From assembly GCA_002269645.1 (NCBI GenBank), contig NIVC01002349.1, positions 1-64,000 of the forward strand: a stretch of 64,000 bases of DNA, in the 5' to 3' direction. Position 1 is the first letter of the stretch; the number at the start of each line of letters is the position of its first letter. Under the pieces are notes generated by a model, which saw nothing but the letters and a program-made list of their open reading frames with translations, was not told the DNA's origin and did no database searches. Of the stretch, positions 23,701 through 36,388 are shown one piece after another. Origin of the DNA: Macrostomum lignano. Taxonomy: Eukaryota. A program made the position numbers and the translations under genes.

Positions 23701-26225
23701 TGCAAAAAAAAAGTTTTTAATAAATTTGTTGGCTTTTTTCTAAATCAAATTTTAAATTTTGATTTGTCCATACTACATTACCTTAATGTCTTTGAAGTCA
23801 TTTTCAGCATCAATTTGTTGTGCCTTTGGAGCCAACTCTTTCTGGCAGAATTGAAATATAGTTTGGCGCAACTAAAAAGGAGAATATAAAATTTGTTAAG
23901 CAACTAAAAAATTAAAGAAATAATTCTTAACGAATTAATCACAATTAAAACATTTGAATTTTTCCTATGTAACATTATTTTCTTTTCATGGGATCTTTGA
24001 TGGAAGGGTAAGGATCTTTGATGGGAGGGTAGGGATCTTTGATAGGAGGGTAAGGATCTTTAATAGGAGGGTAGGGATCTTTGATGGGAGGGTAAGGATC
24101 TTTACCTTACCCTTTTACCCTTTACCCTTACCCTTTACCCTTTACCTTTACCTTTACCATATTGATGGCGTAAGGAAAAACTTAGCTATATGTAACTTCA
24201 TCAGCTTTGTGCAAATGGAGCAAAGAGAAATCCATTATGTAATATATGACCTGGATGGCCACATACTTTGTTGCCTCAACTGGTTATGGAAGCAAAGCAA
24301 TAATGCCCATAGGCCTTAAACAGTTTTATAAGCAAGCAAAAATTATTAGAGCTTAGCAGGTTTGCACTCCATAGTTCAGATCATGGCAGGCATAGGCTAG
24401 AATGAAAATTCATGTTTTTTCAATTTTACACTAACGTAAAATAAATAAAATTTTTACACCAAGACTAAAATTGTTTATACGTCATTTTTTAAAGAATATA
24501 TATTTTTAGGAATTCAAAACTTTTATTAAACTTTAAAATGGCTGTTTTTTGCTAAAAACTGATTTTCTTTGTTTTAATTTTGACTTTCTTGTGATTACAT
24601 TATTATTTTCTAGTTTAGTTTCTGATTTTTTAAAGAGCTTTCAACGTTGGTTGATATTTAACTACATGTTTACATTAGCCTTGAACTTGGCTATTTTTTG
24701 TATACCAACTACGTACACTTCATGTTGAACTTGAAAATTATATACGCCAAGTGTATGCCAAGATTGTCAGCAAGACCAAAAATACACTGGAAAATTCTTG
24801 CATAAAGGAATAGAAAATTCTGGAACCACCTTCTGGACTATGGTTTATACTAAAGAATAAAATTATAATGAAAACTTAAATACATAGGCCTATACAGTGT
24901 GCATTTAGAATTTAGATGCCAATTATAGTAACAAGTACAATCTCTAAGCATGTATTTCAATCCTATATTTTACAGACTATTGATTGAGTAACAATCTTTA
25001 CCTATAAAAATCAAAACTCTGTCTGTCTGTCTGTGGACAAATTACTTTGTTTATGTAGTAGCGGTACCTAATTTCTAGGAATTATTGTTTTTGAACTAAC
25101 GCGAAAATTAATATTCTTTTGTTATAATATGCAAAATATTCTCAAGTTGTAAGAGTTTGTTTTAAATATACGCGATTGATTGGTATAAATAGGAGAGAGC
25201 CGAAGGGATGGAAGAATAACTCGTTTGTTAGCTATAAGCTCAAAACGTGTTCGATAAACATTCTCAGATCTTTGCTCATTTTAAAAAGGTATTGAAAGTC
25301 AGAATTGGGAATTCATGCAGAGAGAGTACTAAGAATAATCGCTGTGACCCTCTAATCTTGGTAACGCCCAGACTGGAGAGAGAAAGTACATATACCAGTA
25401 AGACCGCTCAGGCCATATACTAAGAACGCTACCAGACTAATACATAAGACGCTACCAGACTAATACATAAGAACGCTACCAGAAACGCTACTAAAAATGC
25501 TACCCAGAAAATACATGAGATTCTAAGAAACAGTTAGAAATACTAAAAGCAGAATTTAGTATCAGCAGTATAAATTCGATAGCAGGGAATTTGAAGGCCT
25601 GTCCCTGTCACAACTTGGTAACAGCGGTGAAATCATTTGTAGGGACAGAAGTTACCCCTGGAACATTTACATATATAACAAAAAAATCAAGTCACAATTT
25701 ACAGCTTAGAAAAATCTTGGGATAACAAAGTGTCTTCAAAAAATGGTCACTTTGTCATCTAGATTTCTAACCATTTTTGGTATGACAAAGTGTCCAAAAA
25801 CCATGGTCACTTCATCATCTAGATGATGAACTGGTAGGATGACAGTGTCTAGGAACTATATAGGCCTACCCAAATAAAAATTAAATAATTACAAATTCAT
25901 GCCAAAAGTCTTTTATACATATTACAATATATTTAAACAAACATGCATCAGGCCTAGCCCAAACCTAATTATTAAAATAGGCCTACAATATACACATACT
26001 ACATAGTCACTTTGGTTTTGATGCATCAATTTTTACCTGCTTTTGTTCATCTGTAAGTCCATAAAGCTCATCATTAATTGGAAAGAACTCAGTAGAGTAA
26101 AGGCGGGTAGAGCTTGAATTTAAACTAAAACTGCAGGACTTGCCTAACTTCTGAAGAAATTGTCTTGCACTAGGCCTAGCAGAAGTGCATACTTGGGAAT
26201 GAAGTACTGGCCTAATAAATTGCAT
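20721..26225 (-). CDS. IVD: Isovaleryl-CoA dehydrogenase, mitochondrial, 6 exons, ~438 aa
   Basis: Exons (minus): 26037-26225, 23782-23871, 23648-23699, 22970-23232, 21633-22127, 20721-20948. All GT-AG and in phase. N-terminal transit-like peptide; motifs [51 protein letters not shown] (catalytic Glu), [24 protein letters not shown]. Confidence 0.96.
21225..21480. repeat. 34-bp minisatellite in the last IVD intron
   Basis: Unit acaccccctctgtggacactgcggtaaaccgcct. Confidence 0.85.
22192..22869. repeat. 42-bp minisatellite filling IVD intron 4
   Basis: Unit gttgctgagtagccactgcctaatactggcttcaagactctt, near-identical copies. Confidence 0.95.
23272..23405. repeat. 21-bp minisatellite in IVD intron 3
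   Basis: Unit gggatctttgatgggagggta; the same unit recurs at 23989-24100. Confidence 0.85.
23989..24100. repeat. 21-bp minisatellite in IVD intron 1
   Basis: Same unit as 23272-23405. Confidence 0.85.
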
Positions 26226-27959
26226 TACTATTATTTAAAGTATTAAATAATTTTACTCGTATTAGAATTAAATAAAGTGTTTCACGAACAAAATGCTGTG
26301 ATCAAGTGCCGGCAAACTAATATTGTAAGTTTGTACTTGTAGTAATAATGTTAATATTTTTACACTTAGGTAGAAATACTACGGCGTTCGAAGAATATTT
26401 AACATATTTTAAAATATGGAAACCCAGTGACTAATAACAAATACAAACTGTAAATTAGGGAAAAATCATACTATTCCTTTCTAAAACTAGACCACACAGT
26501 TTTTAAAAAAATTATTCTATGGATGATATACAGGTGGGAAATGTCTAGAAAAAGAATTTTTCAAATAATTGGTGCCCAATATTCGAATTCTGTTATTCAC
26601 ATCTATATTTTGACCTTGTTTGATATTTGGACAAATCTATCAAACATAAAAATAGATTTGGACATAATTTAATCTATAATAAGCTAACGCCTCCTAGCTA
26701 CTATTGTTTATTGTTGCCCTCTACATGTAGTGCCAGCTTGCAGACTTAAGTTACGGGAAACTACGTCTCTTAAAAAATGTTTACGAGGCTTATTTTCGCC
26801 GAAAAAAACACTACGTAGATAGGAAGCTATTATTTTTCAGCACAATAATGTTATTGCTTACGATAGGAGTCAGAACCAATGTTAAGGTTGTCTAGCCATC
26901 ACTAAAAATGTAGAAAAAAGAACCACAGAATTTGGCAATCTTTTCGAATCGTTCGTTTAGTTATTTCCGGAATTATTTCGCCCTCTATTCAAGGGTGGTG
27001 GGGGTTTGTAGGAGATCTGAGATTACCTAAATATAAGGCTATTTTGCTCTAGTTAGGCATATATCTTCCTATATGATAAAAGAGAATATGAAAAATTGAT
27101 TAGCAATTAGACCTCTTATCATTCTAGATTTTTTCTTTGATAAAATTTATTCCTAATGACAATTTTTCTTTTAAGGTAGCTCTGTGCCAAATAATTTTTA
27201 TTGCTTTTTTTCAAAATTAAAAAATTATTCCTAATGTGATTCCTAATTTTTCATATTTTGTTTAATAGGTAAAATCAGGTAAAAATAATGTTAACATTTT
27301 ATTTCTATGAAACAGATTCAAATACAAGTTTTACCAGTATTTTTGAATTTTGGTTGTTTTGTCCCCAGACATTTCACCCCCAGACCATTTTGCCCAGGCA
27401 TTTTGGCCAAAATGGTAATTAATTATGTGATTTATAAATATAGCCATACTATGCATCTCTATAGCTCACCTAGTAGGCCATTACTAACCTAATACTAAAC
27501 CTATTAGCAACCTAACCTAATGTATCTTACAGTGGCATAGCCAGAGTTAGTGGCTTACTTCTACATATTGCTGCATATATATATTATAAAGGCACATTTG
27601 AGCCATTCATTTTATACTATTATCCACTTACTTATAAAATAGGCTAAATTATCTTAGATACTATTCTTCTATACAACTTCACAATTACAACCAGATTCTT
27701 GATCAACTTATTTTCAATCTTGATTTTTTATTAAAATTTTTGGTCAATCTTGCTTAAAAAACAAAAATCTAATCTCAGTTGGACTCTATAAGATAATGCA
27801 GTATCTACATAGGAAAAACTTTTTTCTATTTGTATTTATCTAAGCTGTTAAAACCTAGTGGATTTTGAATACCAGGAATTCCAATCCCTAGAACTGCAAA
27901 CATTGATATTGTTGGCTGGGATACTACACAGAATCTCAGGCAGTCTCTCTGACTCTAAA

Positions 27960-28462
27960 ACATGTATTGGCAAACTCTGGTCTCTGCCTTTGACTCTCCT
28001 CTTTTTCCTCTTTCCTCTCTTCCCCTGTTTCTCCTATCTCTCGTCTGTTCACTCTCATCTTTGCTCTCTCATCCCCCTCTTTTTATCTGTCATCTTTACT
28101 TCTTTATTGTCTTATATTTTCTCTCACCTCTCTCTTCTGTACTCTTTTCTTTCCCCTCTTTTGACTCCTCACTTTCCTTTCTCCTTTCTTCTCTTCTCTT
28201 CTATCTTCTATACTCTCTCCCTCTCTTGTCTCCTATCTTCTCTCTCCACTTTTTTCTTTTCTCCTTTATCTCTCATCTCTCCTTACATCTCTCATCTCTA
28301 CAACCCTATCTCTTCTCTCTTCCTTTTACTCTCTCATATCTCCTTCCACCTCTGCTCTCTTCTCCCCTGTCTCCTCTATCCTCTCATCTGCAGCTCTCTG
28401 CTCTCTTCTCTCTCCACTCTCCCCTCTTCTTTCTCCCCTCTTCTCCCCTTCTCTCTTTCCCT

Positions 28463-28520
<58 letters not shown>

Positions 28521-28680
28521 CCTCACCCCTTCATTTATCTTATTTTCTTCTATCTTTTCTCTTATCTTCTCTATCACCTCTCTTTTTGAATCATCTATTC
28601 CTTCTTCATTCCATTCTCATCTGCCCCTCAGCCATGAGCTAGATTCTTTATTTGGCCTTTGAGGTAAAACTCTACCCATC
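27960..28680 (+). mobile_element. Family 1 non-autonomous element with CT-rich interior
   Basis: Starts catgtattggcaaactctggtc, has ~630 bp of CT-rich sequence, and ends cagccatgagctagattc..ggcctttgaggtaaaa, matching 50640-50690. Confidence 0.55.
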
Positions 28681-29755
28681 CCTGCTTAGAAAACCAGTTT
28701 GTGGGATGTAGTACTCTCATGGTTGTTCTCATGCTTTGATCATGTTATCTTTCTTATCAATTTGCAGCCTTGAAAAGAAATTATGTATCTTCAGCTCCAT
28801 TGCAATCTGCATCAGTCTAACAACCAAGGAAACACACATTTCTTAGAAGGCTATTTAAATTTTAAATTACCTTTAAGAGAAACTTAGAATTTCTATAGTA
28901 TGACTAATTTAGTAGGCTTGTATTGCATTGCGTTGCCTTTTTATAAATCTTTCGCTTTTACAAACCATGCTGGATTGCCTTGATTTGCCAATTGCTATCC
29001 ACTGTTAAACTGCTGCAGAGTTTGCCTATATAGAGGGCAGTGATTATAATTTCTCACTAAACTATTATGGCTAAACCAAAATGTAGCCTCTCTATTGGGG
29101 TGCAAAGAAGGCTATAAATAAAGCTATTCCAAAACATTGTATATTTGCTATGTATATTCAGCCCTATTGCCTGACCCTTTGTCTGGCTCAAGGTGCACAG
29201 TGTCATTTAGGATTAAATTTGAGACTCAAAGTATTACAGGATTTTGTCAGTTGTCAGTTGACAATAATTGTCTATGTCAAATTTGAAAAGAATCAGTAGA
29301 AGTAAAGTAGTGCTATGGAGGATTTAGTGAAAAATGCACTTCTTTACAGTTTTTTTTGCTTTTTAGGTAGAAAGACTTGGATTAAGGAAATTTTAAGGTA
29401 GCCTAAGATATTCTCTATAGTGAGTTTAGGGTGGGTACAAAATTTGGTATAGTTTGGTTAAGCAGTTTGGGAGTCCATAGCAATAAAAATTGTATATACA
29501 CAGATATACAGACAGGCAGTTTTCATTTTTATAGGTAGATATAGCTTATCCACAGTGGCATAGCCAGGAGGGCTGGAGGCTGTGGCCCTCCCCCCTCTTC
29601 AATTGCCTGTGGCGGTGGGGTTGGGTGCAGCAGGTACTTGTACCAAAAACCATGAGGCAATTGAGTGCCTGTGATGTGTTCCTTATTACCAGTCCTCAAC
29701 TGTAATCAAGGAACAATCACTTTTAGCTCTGTGGCTAGGCAACCCAGTAATCAAA

Positions 29756-30640
29756 TGAAGGTATTCAATTACCTTTAATCCGGATTCTTAGATTTCATTC
29801 TTGAGTCGTTCTCAACTGTAGATCTTTCGGTAGATCTTGTAGACTTCTAGACGTCTTCAGGTGTCGATCGGGTCCGAGTTTCCTTCTTCTCTCCTTTAGA
29901 AGTATTTCCGGCTAGAATCTGTCGTTCAGACCAATAGGAAGCTTCCAAATTAACAATGGGGATCCCTGCGCCAAACTGCGGTTTAATATCAGCCTACTCC
30001 TTCTAGTAGTGCCTCTATGCACTCTAGGTATGGCTCCGGAAACCACTGACAGTCTTCTAAGATCTATCAGGGGCAGTCCTTCTGGAGACTACAACCAGTA
30101 GAGTCTAAACAGACTCAGGAGTCTCAACAGACTCACAATAAACTCAAGTCACCCTTAGACTTGAGCGAGACGTCTCAACCAACAGGCGCAAATAAGTAAG
30201 GCTTACCGCAAGAACTCGACCACGTCTTCGAGTTGCTTCAGGAAGTCTGCTGCAGATCTTCCTCTTTGGAGCTTTCTCTCTCGGAGATTCTTGGCTCCGG
30301 GTCCGTTCCGGACCACTTGTATTTATAGGCAAATGGACCCCCATGAGGTCACGTGGGTCCAACTCTTCAGCTGTCAAAAAGGTCACGGTTTGGTTGCTGT
30401 CAAACTTGGCAGGGTAGAAAGTTACTCCATTGGTTCAGTGTAAAAGCGCGTGATTGGTCATTGCATTCGAGTTATTTTTAGTTACATTTGATTGGGTCAC
30501 GTGCGTATGGTTGAATGATGCATCTTTTCTGGGGTTTGCGTTTGACACGTACAGGTTACACGTGATTGGGTGATTTCTAAATTTAGCATGCTCAAGGTCT
30601 CTCTCTTTCTATTGGTTAGTCAGAATATACTTATAATTCA
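29756..30640 (-). mobile_element. Possible solo LTR
   Basis: TGAA...TTCA termini. The minus strand carries several CCAAT/CACGTG boxes, ctataaatac (TATA), a splice donor ggtaagc and attaaa near the 3' end. No TSD was found. Confidence 0.35.
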
Positions 30641-30739
30641 AAGCATACCTTTATTCATGCTCTTCAACTTACTACTGAATAAAATGTGTGAGTAGTACAT
30701 TAACACTTTTATGTCTTTTTTACGAAAGGTAGAACACTC

Positions 30740-30865
30740 TACACCTGTAGTGCTAAAAAGGGTGCCTGTGGTGCCAAAATGAGTGCCTGTAGTGCCAAAA
30801 TAAGTGCCCAAGGTGCTAAAATGAGTGCCTGCGGTGCTAAAATGTGTACTTGCGGCACCAAAATT
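30740..30865. repeat. 21-bp minisatellite (gcgctaaaatgagtgcctgcg family)
   Basis: Same unit as the array inside the hAT MITE at 32160-32640. Confidence 0.8.
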
Positions 30866-31601
30866 ATGCAATAGATATCTTTCTCTTTATGCTTTTAAGT
30901 TTCTATACCACATAAGAAAAAAACTTTCTATAAGTACATATTTTATAGTTTATCATGTTTATTACTGCCTAAGCTGTCTCAATAATTGCTATTATACTTG
31001 TCTCTTTGTAAAGCCTAATTGATAGTCAAACAAAAATGGAGAAATTGTTTATCAAAAAGACAAATATATGATTATATGGATTTTATATGTTGATTCTAGT
31101 CTATCAAAAGGTATATATATGAATTTTGTAATAAATATTTAGGTAGGTATTTAAGAACAAATGTTTGCATATTAGTTCTTGGTTTTTAAACCAATCAAAA
31201 TATTCTGAATTAGAGTTAAATTGAATAGACAGAGAGTCAGTGGGGCATAGTGCCCAAACATATATATTTATAAGACAACTGGGGGTTGAGTGCACATAAT
31301 GGAGGGGTGAAATGTGACTTAAGAAAGAGGCAAGAATGGAGAGTGGAGCCAATCAGAAGGCAGTGAGGAAGAGAAATGAGCTTAAACAAACTTAAACTAT
31401 ACAGAGAGAGAAAACATAGATAAGTGAAGATGAACTGAAAAAATGACTAAGAAAGTTGCAACAAATCTTTACACAAAAGATTTTCCTAGACTATGTTTAA
31501 TTATATTTGTTTGTGCATTTCTTGCACTTATGTCTTATCTAAATTCATTAGTATCTTACTCAGCTAGAGCCTTGGTACTTAATTGGATTATAACTTCATG
31601 C

Positions 31602-33234
31602 ATGCTGGTTGAAATGTATTTGTACTTTGAATTCACTGACACTGTGAAAAACCTTCTGTTCAAGGGCTGGAATGCATCAACACCATCAGGTGAGAATAAC
31701 ATTTTGTTGCTTGATTTTTCCTAGTTTGTCAGCTTAGTGCGGTAGATTGTGAAGTTTTTTGATATTCCTATTTACTACTTAGAATGTCTAGCACTGAAGT
31801 ACTACTAGCACTGGGGCTAATTGTCGTCTCAAAGAGTGAGTTCTCCAATAGTCAGTTAAAACAAAATTATACAAAATGTGCAAAATATGTAGATGCGCGA
31901 TATTCAAAGAAATACACCCTTTCACAATAGCTTACAGGTGACTGCGGACCAGAGGGGAGAGAGGGGAGGGAAGAGAAAAGAGAGAGTAGAAAGGAGAGCA
32001 GGGGTGTCGCCACCCGGCGAAGACAGGGGGGACATGTCCCCCTCCCAGTAAAAGCTATGGGGTGGACATGCCAATGCTTTACCCCCCCCCCCACACAAAC
32101 ACAACCTTGTGACCCGTTATGAAAATCAATAATTTTGCTTCAGGGTGACAAAATATAGCGCCTGTGGCACCAAAATGAGTGCCTGAGACGCTAAAATAAC
32201 TGCCCGAGGCGCTAAAATAACTGCCCGAGGCGCTAAAATGTGCCTGCAGCACCAAAATGAGTGCCCGAGGCGCTAAAATGAGTGCTTGCGGCGCTAAAAT
32301 GAGTGTCTGGGGCGCTAAAATGAGTGCTTGCGGCGCTAAAATGAGTGTCTGAGGCGCTAAAATGAGTGCCTGCAGCGCTAAAATGAGTGCCTGCGGCGCT
32401 AAAATGAGTGCCTGCGGCACCAAAATGAGTGCCTGCTGCGCTAAAATAAGTGCCTGCGGCGCTAAAATGAGTGCCTGCGGCGCTAAAATAAGTTCCTGCT
32501 GCGCTAAAATAAGTGCCTGCGGCGCTAAAATGAGTGCCTGCGGCGCCGAAATGAGTACCCGAGGTGCTAAAATGAGTGCCTGCGGCGCCAAAATGAGTGC
32601 CCGAGGCGCTAAAATGAGTGCCTGCGGCGCCGAATGAGCGCTGATAATACCGATTCTGAAAATAATGTACATCTACATGTACAATTTTTGACTTGGCCCC
32701 CCCCCACCATAAAATCCATGGCGACGCTCCTGAAGGAGAGGGGGGAAAGTGAGAACAGACGAAATTGGAGAGGAGAGAAGAGAGGAGACAACAGAGAAGA
32801 GAGCTGAGCAGAGACAAGCCTTGAGCGGCCCGGATTGCTATTGTGAAGTTTCGAAGGACCCGAGGTCCGGAACGGATCGAGAGGCTTCGCGGGCTTCTAC
32901 TTATAGTGGCATGCAGCCAATCTATGCAACACTACAGTGTGCTCTAATCCTACTTGATGCACTCCGCAGACTGGCCTACGCGACAATGTCAAGCGCAGTG
33001 TACACAGTCCGGGTACTGATCTCCATGCTGCTAATGTTGGCTGTGATGACCTACAATGCGTGGATTTTCCTGTCAGTCGTGCTTGGCAGCGCTGTCGGCT
33101 ACTTTTTGTCCCCGTTGGCGCGTCGGGCATTTCGCCCCTGCATTGCCGCCACCTTCTCCACTGCCGCTGCGGATGATGCAGCTGTTGACGTATTCACCAC
33201 CTCTGCCAGCTCTGCGCATGAGCTCAATGACTGA
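31602..33234 (+). CDS. Copper transporter, CTR/SLC31 family, ~140 aa
   Basis: Exon 31602-31689 MLVEMYLYFEFTDTVKNLLFKGW (donor G|gtgaga, phase 1). Last exon 32907-33234 with ISMLLMLAVMTYNAW (MxxxM) and LGSAVGYF (GxxxG). The phases do not join directly; a candidate micro-exon lies at 31931-31937. The true start may be upstream. Confidence 0.75.
31999..32732. mobile_element. hAT-superfamily MITE carrying a 21-bp minisatellite
   Basis: TIRs CAGGGGTGTCGCCA (31999-32012) and TGGCGACGCTCCTG (32719-32732), 12/14 match. 8-bp TSD aaggagag at 31991-31998 and 32733-32740. Confidence 0.85.
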
Positions 33235-33254
33235 CTAACCGGCTCACTTGCTCA

Positions 33255-34066
33255 CTCACGGACTTACTCACTGACTGACCTAGTGACTGACTGACTGACT
33301 GACTGACTCACTGACTCACTGACTCACTGACTCACTGACTGACTCACTGACTGACTGACTCACTGACTCACTGACTGACTGACTCACTGACTGACTCACT
33401 GACTGACTGACTCACTGACTGACTGACTGACTGACTGACCGACCTAGTGACTGACTGACTGACTGACTGACTGACTGACTGACTGACTGACTGACCGACC
33501 TAGTGACTGACTGACTGACTCACTCACTGACTGACTGACTGACTCACTGACTCACTGACTGACTCACTCACTCACTGACTCACTGACTGACTCACTGACT
33601 GACTGACTGACTGACTGACTGACTCACTGACTGACTGACTGACTGACTGACTCACTCACTGACTGACTGACTGACTGACTCACTGACTGACTGACTGACT
33701 CACTGACTCACTGACTGACTCACTCACTCACTGACTCACTCACTGACTCACCGACTGACTCACTCACTCACTGACTCACTGACTGACTCACTGACTGACT
33801 GACTGACTGACTGACTGACTGACTGACTGACCGACCTAGTGACTGACTGACTGACTGACTGACTGACTGACTGACTGACTGACTGACTGACTGACTGACT
33901 GACTGACTGACCGACCTAGTGACTGACTGACTGACTCACTGACTCACTCACTGACTGACTGACTGACTCACTGACTCACTGACTGACTCACTCACTCACT
34001 GACTCACCGACTGACTCACTCACTCACTGACTCACTGACTGACTCACTGACTCACTGACTGACTGA
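33255..34066. repeat. (ACTG)n/(ACTC)n compound microsatellite
   Basis: Begins just after the CTR stop codon. Confidence 0.95.
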
Positions 34067-34647
34067 GAATCTTGCAGTCAATCAGAAGAAATAAGTTTTG
34101 ATCGATAGAATTTACACTGTTAGAAGAATTCAAATTCTCCACACGAAATGCCGCAAGTGGCTCAGCAATTGAATTGCTTTGCTTGATTGATCGATTGGCA
34201 AAAATTCAATGCGATTGTTTTGCATATTTGTGATGTTAATTAGCTTGCCCTGCTGAATATTAATTGTCATTATATTCTACATGTAAAGACAAAATGCTTC
34301 GAGAGAAACAGTCACAATTTTTCCTTCCCTGATAATTCCAATCGCTTCTCTCTTGATGATGGATGATTTTGTAATACTAGTGCCTAACAAGCATCAAGAA
34401 TAGTTTTACTGTACTACTCATAAGTAGCAGCATTATGTGATTTTAACATTTGGATTTTTACACAAAATTCTCACTAGATTGTAAACATACACTGTATGTT
34501 GTTTAGATTAGATTTTTAAATATAATAGTGCGGTTATAATTAAAAATACATTCGCTGGTTCTGCCGGATATTTTTTCTACGCAATATAACTTAAAATCTA
34601 AACATGGAATAACTTGTTCCCGACTCCTAATAGCTATTGCGCGGCGC

Positions 34648-34876
34648 ACCTGAAGGCTGCGTACGGCTGTTCAGTCCAAGGACTGGGGGGGGGGGTCGCC
34701 ACACACAGCCTCAATTACCCCAGCTAATGCTGGCACCCATTTTACGACTGGGTGAACTGAAGCAATGCAGAGTTAAGTGTCTTGCTCAAGGACACAAATT
34801 GTTTCGAGTGGGTTGGGAATCGAACCCCCGACCTTGAGTCATGAGTCCGACGCTCTAACCACTAGGCTACGACTCC
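34648..34876 (-). mobile_element. tRNA-derived SINE family B with CORE-like central domain
   Basis: Minus strand: ggagtcgTAGCCTAGTGGttagagc (A box), GGTTCGATTCC (B box), then tgtgtccttgagcaagacacttaactct..cagttcacccag..taaaatggg, which resembles the MIR/CORE consensus. A partial copy lies at 16945-17056. Confidence 0.75.
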
Positions 34877-36239
34877 TGGCTAGAGGGGGAGAGAGATACG
34901 CTGCATAGATAGGCTTTGCTCAATGATCTGCTGTCGGCTGAAATCTAATGGAACCTACCCTTAGCTTGCTAATGTCAAATGAGAAATGGCCGGCGGCCTC
35001 TGTCTCATGCACAGCATGCGGCGGTAATGGTGTTTGACACTTGACAGCAAGTCAAGCGTGCAGGGAGGTAAGCTTAAACAATGTATTAAGCAAGGCAAGC
35101 AGTGGCGGTGTGGAGACGCCTGTGAAATATGATAGATGGAGCTGTTGTCAGGGAAGCTGGACTAGCCCAAGATTCACAGCATGCCTTGTTAAGGGGGGTT
35201 TTGAGTTGCTCAAATAAACACCGCCGCTCTACAAGCGCTCGTCTCTTTTTTAGGACCGATTTGACAGATCACTTGGGGTGGGGGCAGTCAGTGATCGATC
35301 GCCCCGCGTGCTGGTTGCGCGGGAAGAGGGGCACCCTCTCAATGATCAAAGCGCATCAGTTCTGCCGCACTGTTATGCAGTATGGCTGATTGCTAATGTA
35401 TAGTTAAATAGAAGCTTCATTGTATATTGGGCCGATGATCAAAGGGGTTGTGCCGCTTCTTACGAGTAGTAGGGTAATTTTGAGCTACTCATAAATTGAA
35501 ACCGAGCATTGCACTATACTCGGTAGCTACAGAGCAAATTCTGTTGACAGCTATCTAATCAATAGAAGGTTAATATGAAGCGATATTTTTAGCTAATGGC
35601 CAAGGTCACGACAGCTTCATATTAGCTGCATTGATTGAATCTTCTATGGTCCAAGATATAGTGAAGAGCACTGCTGCAACAGTCTTGTATTTGGGGGACT
35701 TGGGGAGAGACTTGGATGACGCAACCCGCCAGCTCATTGTTTGGAGAGTGTACGGGCCCGGCTCTATATGAAGGCATAGGTACGAGTATTGTATTGTATA
35801 AGTGATTTCGAATAAATGATTCATCGCATTCGCAACCTGCACATACCTAATTTTGGGGGTATGTAGCGGATATGAGTAGAGGCTCAGATCAGTATAGGAA
35901 ATTATTCAAATCCGCCTCTGAGTGCGCGCGTATCCACCTTTGCATATACTGTATACAACAATGTACATAATGTTAATGTACGTATACAAGTAGACATAGA
36001 AGTAGACAATGTACATATAGAATTGGGAATTGATAGGGTTTATTGTAGTACATAGCAAGACTATAAACTAGATAAGTCACTCACAGTCGCCGCCGAAGCG
36101 CGAGAACCCTGGGGTTAAGACCATAGACTGTACGAGCTAGCTTCTAAGCTTCTGCTGCTCCCAAGCGTTTTGTTTGCAGCAGCAGCTAGTGCCTGTGGCT
36201 TAAACCCCGGGTTTTCGAGGCCTTAGAGACGGCCGCTAA

Positions 36240-36388
36240 ATAATATAGAATCTGTGGGTTAAGGCGTCACTTCATGTGACAAATTTTACAAATTTAACTT
36301 TTTTTGAGCTTCCGTGACACTAAGCTTTTTTGTAGGCAAGCATCGCTAAATACACGTAAAAAGCGAGCCTTCACAGACTCTGTATTAT
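36240..36388. mobile_element. Small MITE-like inverted-repeat element
   Basis: ataatatagaatctgtg (36240-36256) versus cacagactctgtattat (36372-36388), 15/17 inverted match. Confidence 0.4.

Noticed and set aside
24100-24160. Telomere-like (TTTACCC)n
   Set aside because: It does not match TTAGGG or TTTAGGG on either strand and looks like a degenerate tail of the adjacent 21-bp array.
31783-31835. Alternative middle exon for CTR (..MSSTEVLLALGLIVVSK|gtgagt)
   Set aside because: It has a strong donor, but its acceptor phase does not fit the upstream exon; the phase-compatible frame hits TAG.
34805-34876. tRNA gene
   Set aside because: A and B boxes are present but the acceptor and anticodon stems do not pair, and it continues into a repeated SINE body.
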